Of a stretch of 64,000 nt of DNA, positions 62,591 to 64,000 are shown one piece after another. The notes under the pieces were generated by a model. That model saw only the letters and a list, made by a program, of their open reading frames with translations. It had not been told where the DNA came from and made no database searches. Source of the DNA: Hemiscyllium ocellatum (taxonomy: Eukaryota); contig NC_083418.1 of the NCBI RefSeq assembly GCF_020745735.1, positions 62,079,776-62,143,775 on the forward strand, read 5' to 3'. Within the stretch, counting starts at the first letter, position 1, and every line of letters begins with the position of its first letter. The position numbers and the translations under genes are program-made.

Positions 62591-63176
62591 CCTGTCCATT
62601 AAATGGCGTCAGGCTTTTGAGTCCAGACATCTTAATGAGACGGAGTGGTGATACAGAAGGAAAGAAAAGGAAACAAATCCAGCACTATAGATCCCACTAA
62701 CATGTGGGACACGTTGTCCCATGGGCCTGATGTTCAAAAATGAGTCTGTTCAGTCACAGATGGATCTATGGTAGAAACTTGTGACCTGAGTTTTCACCAG
62801 TCTCTAACTGTGTATCAATGAGCAATGATTATATGAAATACAGCATCCCACTTGCTGTCTAGATTTTACAATCTCCAGTCTTGTTTTAAGTAACGTGCAC
62901 TTGGAGATCTATGTTTCTTTACTCAATTTCAGGCTTTAGCTTTTGATTTTAATTTGTAATTGTATTGCATATTTATCTCTTTGCAGTAAAATAGCAAGTA
63001 TCATTGACCGTTCCTTAACCCACATCTGACCTTCTGTATTTGCTGATTATTCTTCAATTTGTATTATTGAAAAATTTTGATCATTCTGTGCAAAAGTCTA
63101 CGTTGTCTCTGTTTGCCTGAGGATCACATTTCTGTCTGCTACATCTCCTTCGATGATTCTTTTACTTGATTTACAG

Positions 63177-63257
63177 TTAGTAAAGAAAGAGAATGTTCGA
63201 GGAGTGATAACCATGACTGAAGACTATGAAACCAAATTTTTTGTGAATACAACAAAG
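63177..63257 (+). CDS. PTPMT1: PTPMT1 exon 2 (gene continues beyond the window)
   Basis: Acceptor tgatttacag|, donor AAG|GTAGGT, 81 bp. LVKKENVRGVITMTEDYETKFFVNTTK matches LVQDENVRGVITMNEEYETRFLCN. Confidence 0.93.
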
Positions 63258-64000
63258 GTAGGTAGAAAAGCAAAACTTAATGGGGAGGTATTCAATAGTT
63301 CATGTGCTACTTGGATTGAAGTGGAATAGATTCTTTTGGTGTAGGATCCCCTTGCAGAAAGGATTGAAAGCAGGTGAATAATACAAAATAACTTGGAGTT
63401 TTGAGATGAGACAGTAACCTTTTAATAGCATTATAATTTGTAATTACCATCAAATGTCACTAATCATTTTCATACTTCACTCCTACACTGTCATTTCATG
63501 TATCAGTAAGAATTGTCAGAACAACGTTGTATCAAATGAAAGAGAAGAATTGCACGTTATTGATTTTTTAAGCAATAATACCCCTTCAAGCTTTGCAGTT
63601 CAGCTGTTTCATGTGACCGGAGCCATGATTGCTGCTTTCTCTATTTTTTCTCCCCTGGAAATTCTGATGTCTGCTGGGCTACAGTTCCACTCTGGTGTCT
63701 GGTATTTTGTCTCAGTGAGTGTGCTACATATTTTATTCTAAACCATGTGTCTTGAAGGCTATTTCAATACAATGGATATCAGATACAAGCCAACCCTTTC
63801 CTTGCATGATACTCAAACTTTCACATTTTCTTCATGAGTCACTCTGTAGCATCATCCATCTGAATGTTGCTCTTTATCTATCTACCTTTCACTTGGGTAC
63901 TATGCATTGGTTTCATGTTATTATGATTTGAACTTCCTTAGCAGCTGCTTTGATGCTTTTTGTAACTTGCAAATTGACAAAAAGGAAAGTAATTACAAAA

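Overview
Repeat-rich vertebrate genomic DNA, most likely from a shark. HE1-type V-SINEs, Deu-domain SINEs, CR1/L2/Tx1/RTE LINEs and abundant Penelope-like elements (PLEs) point to a cartilaginous fish; a bamboo or epaulette shark is a guess. Three host genes lie on the + strand. (1) A single-coding-exon 805-aa SLC26 (sulfate-permease + STAS) gene at 22420-24837, whose canonical anion-binding pocket residues are nearly all replaced. (2) A 4-coding-exon, 233-aa SPSB3-like SPRY/SOCS-box gene (39252-50878), reconstructed by hand from splice sites. (3) The first two coding exons of PTPMT1 (60332-60478, 63177-63257), with a GC-box VNTR in intron 1. Most of the rest is transposon-derived. The PLE termini carry minimal hammerhead ribozyme motifs (CUGANGA-stem II-GAAA-NUH). 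They repeatedly occur as short, self-complementary hairpin insertions with 11-16 bp target-site duplications, and two of them hold copies of neighbouring genomic DNA. All homology calls come from motif recognition by eye; no searches were run, and repeat boundaries are approximate.
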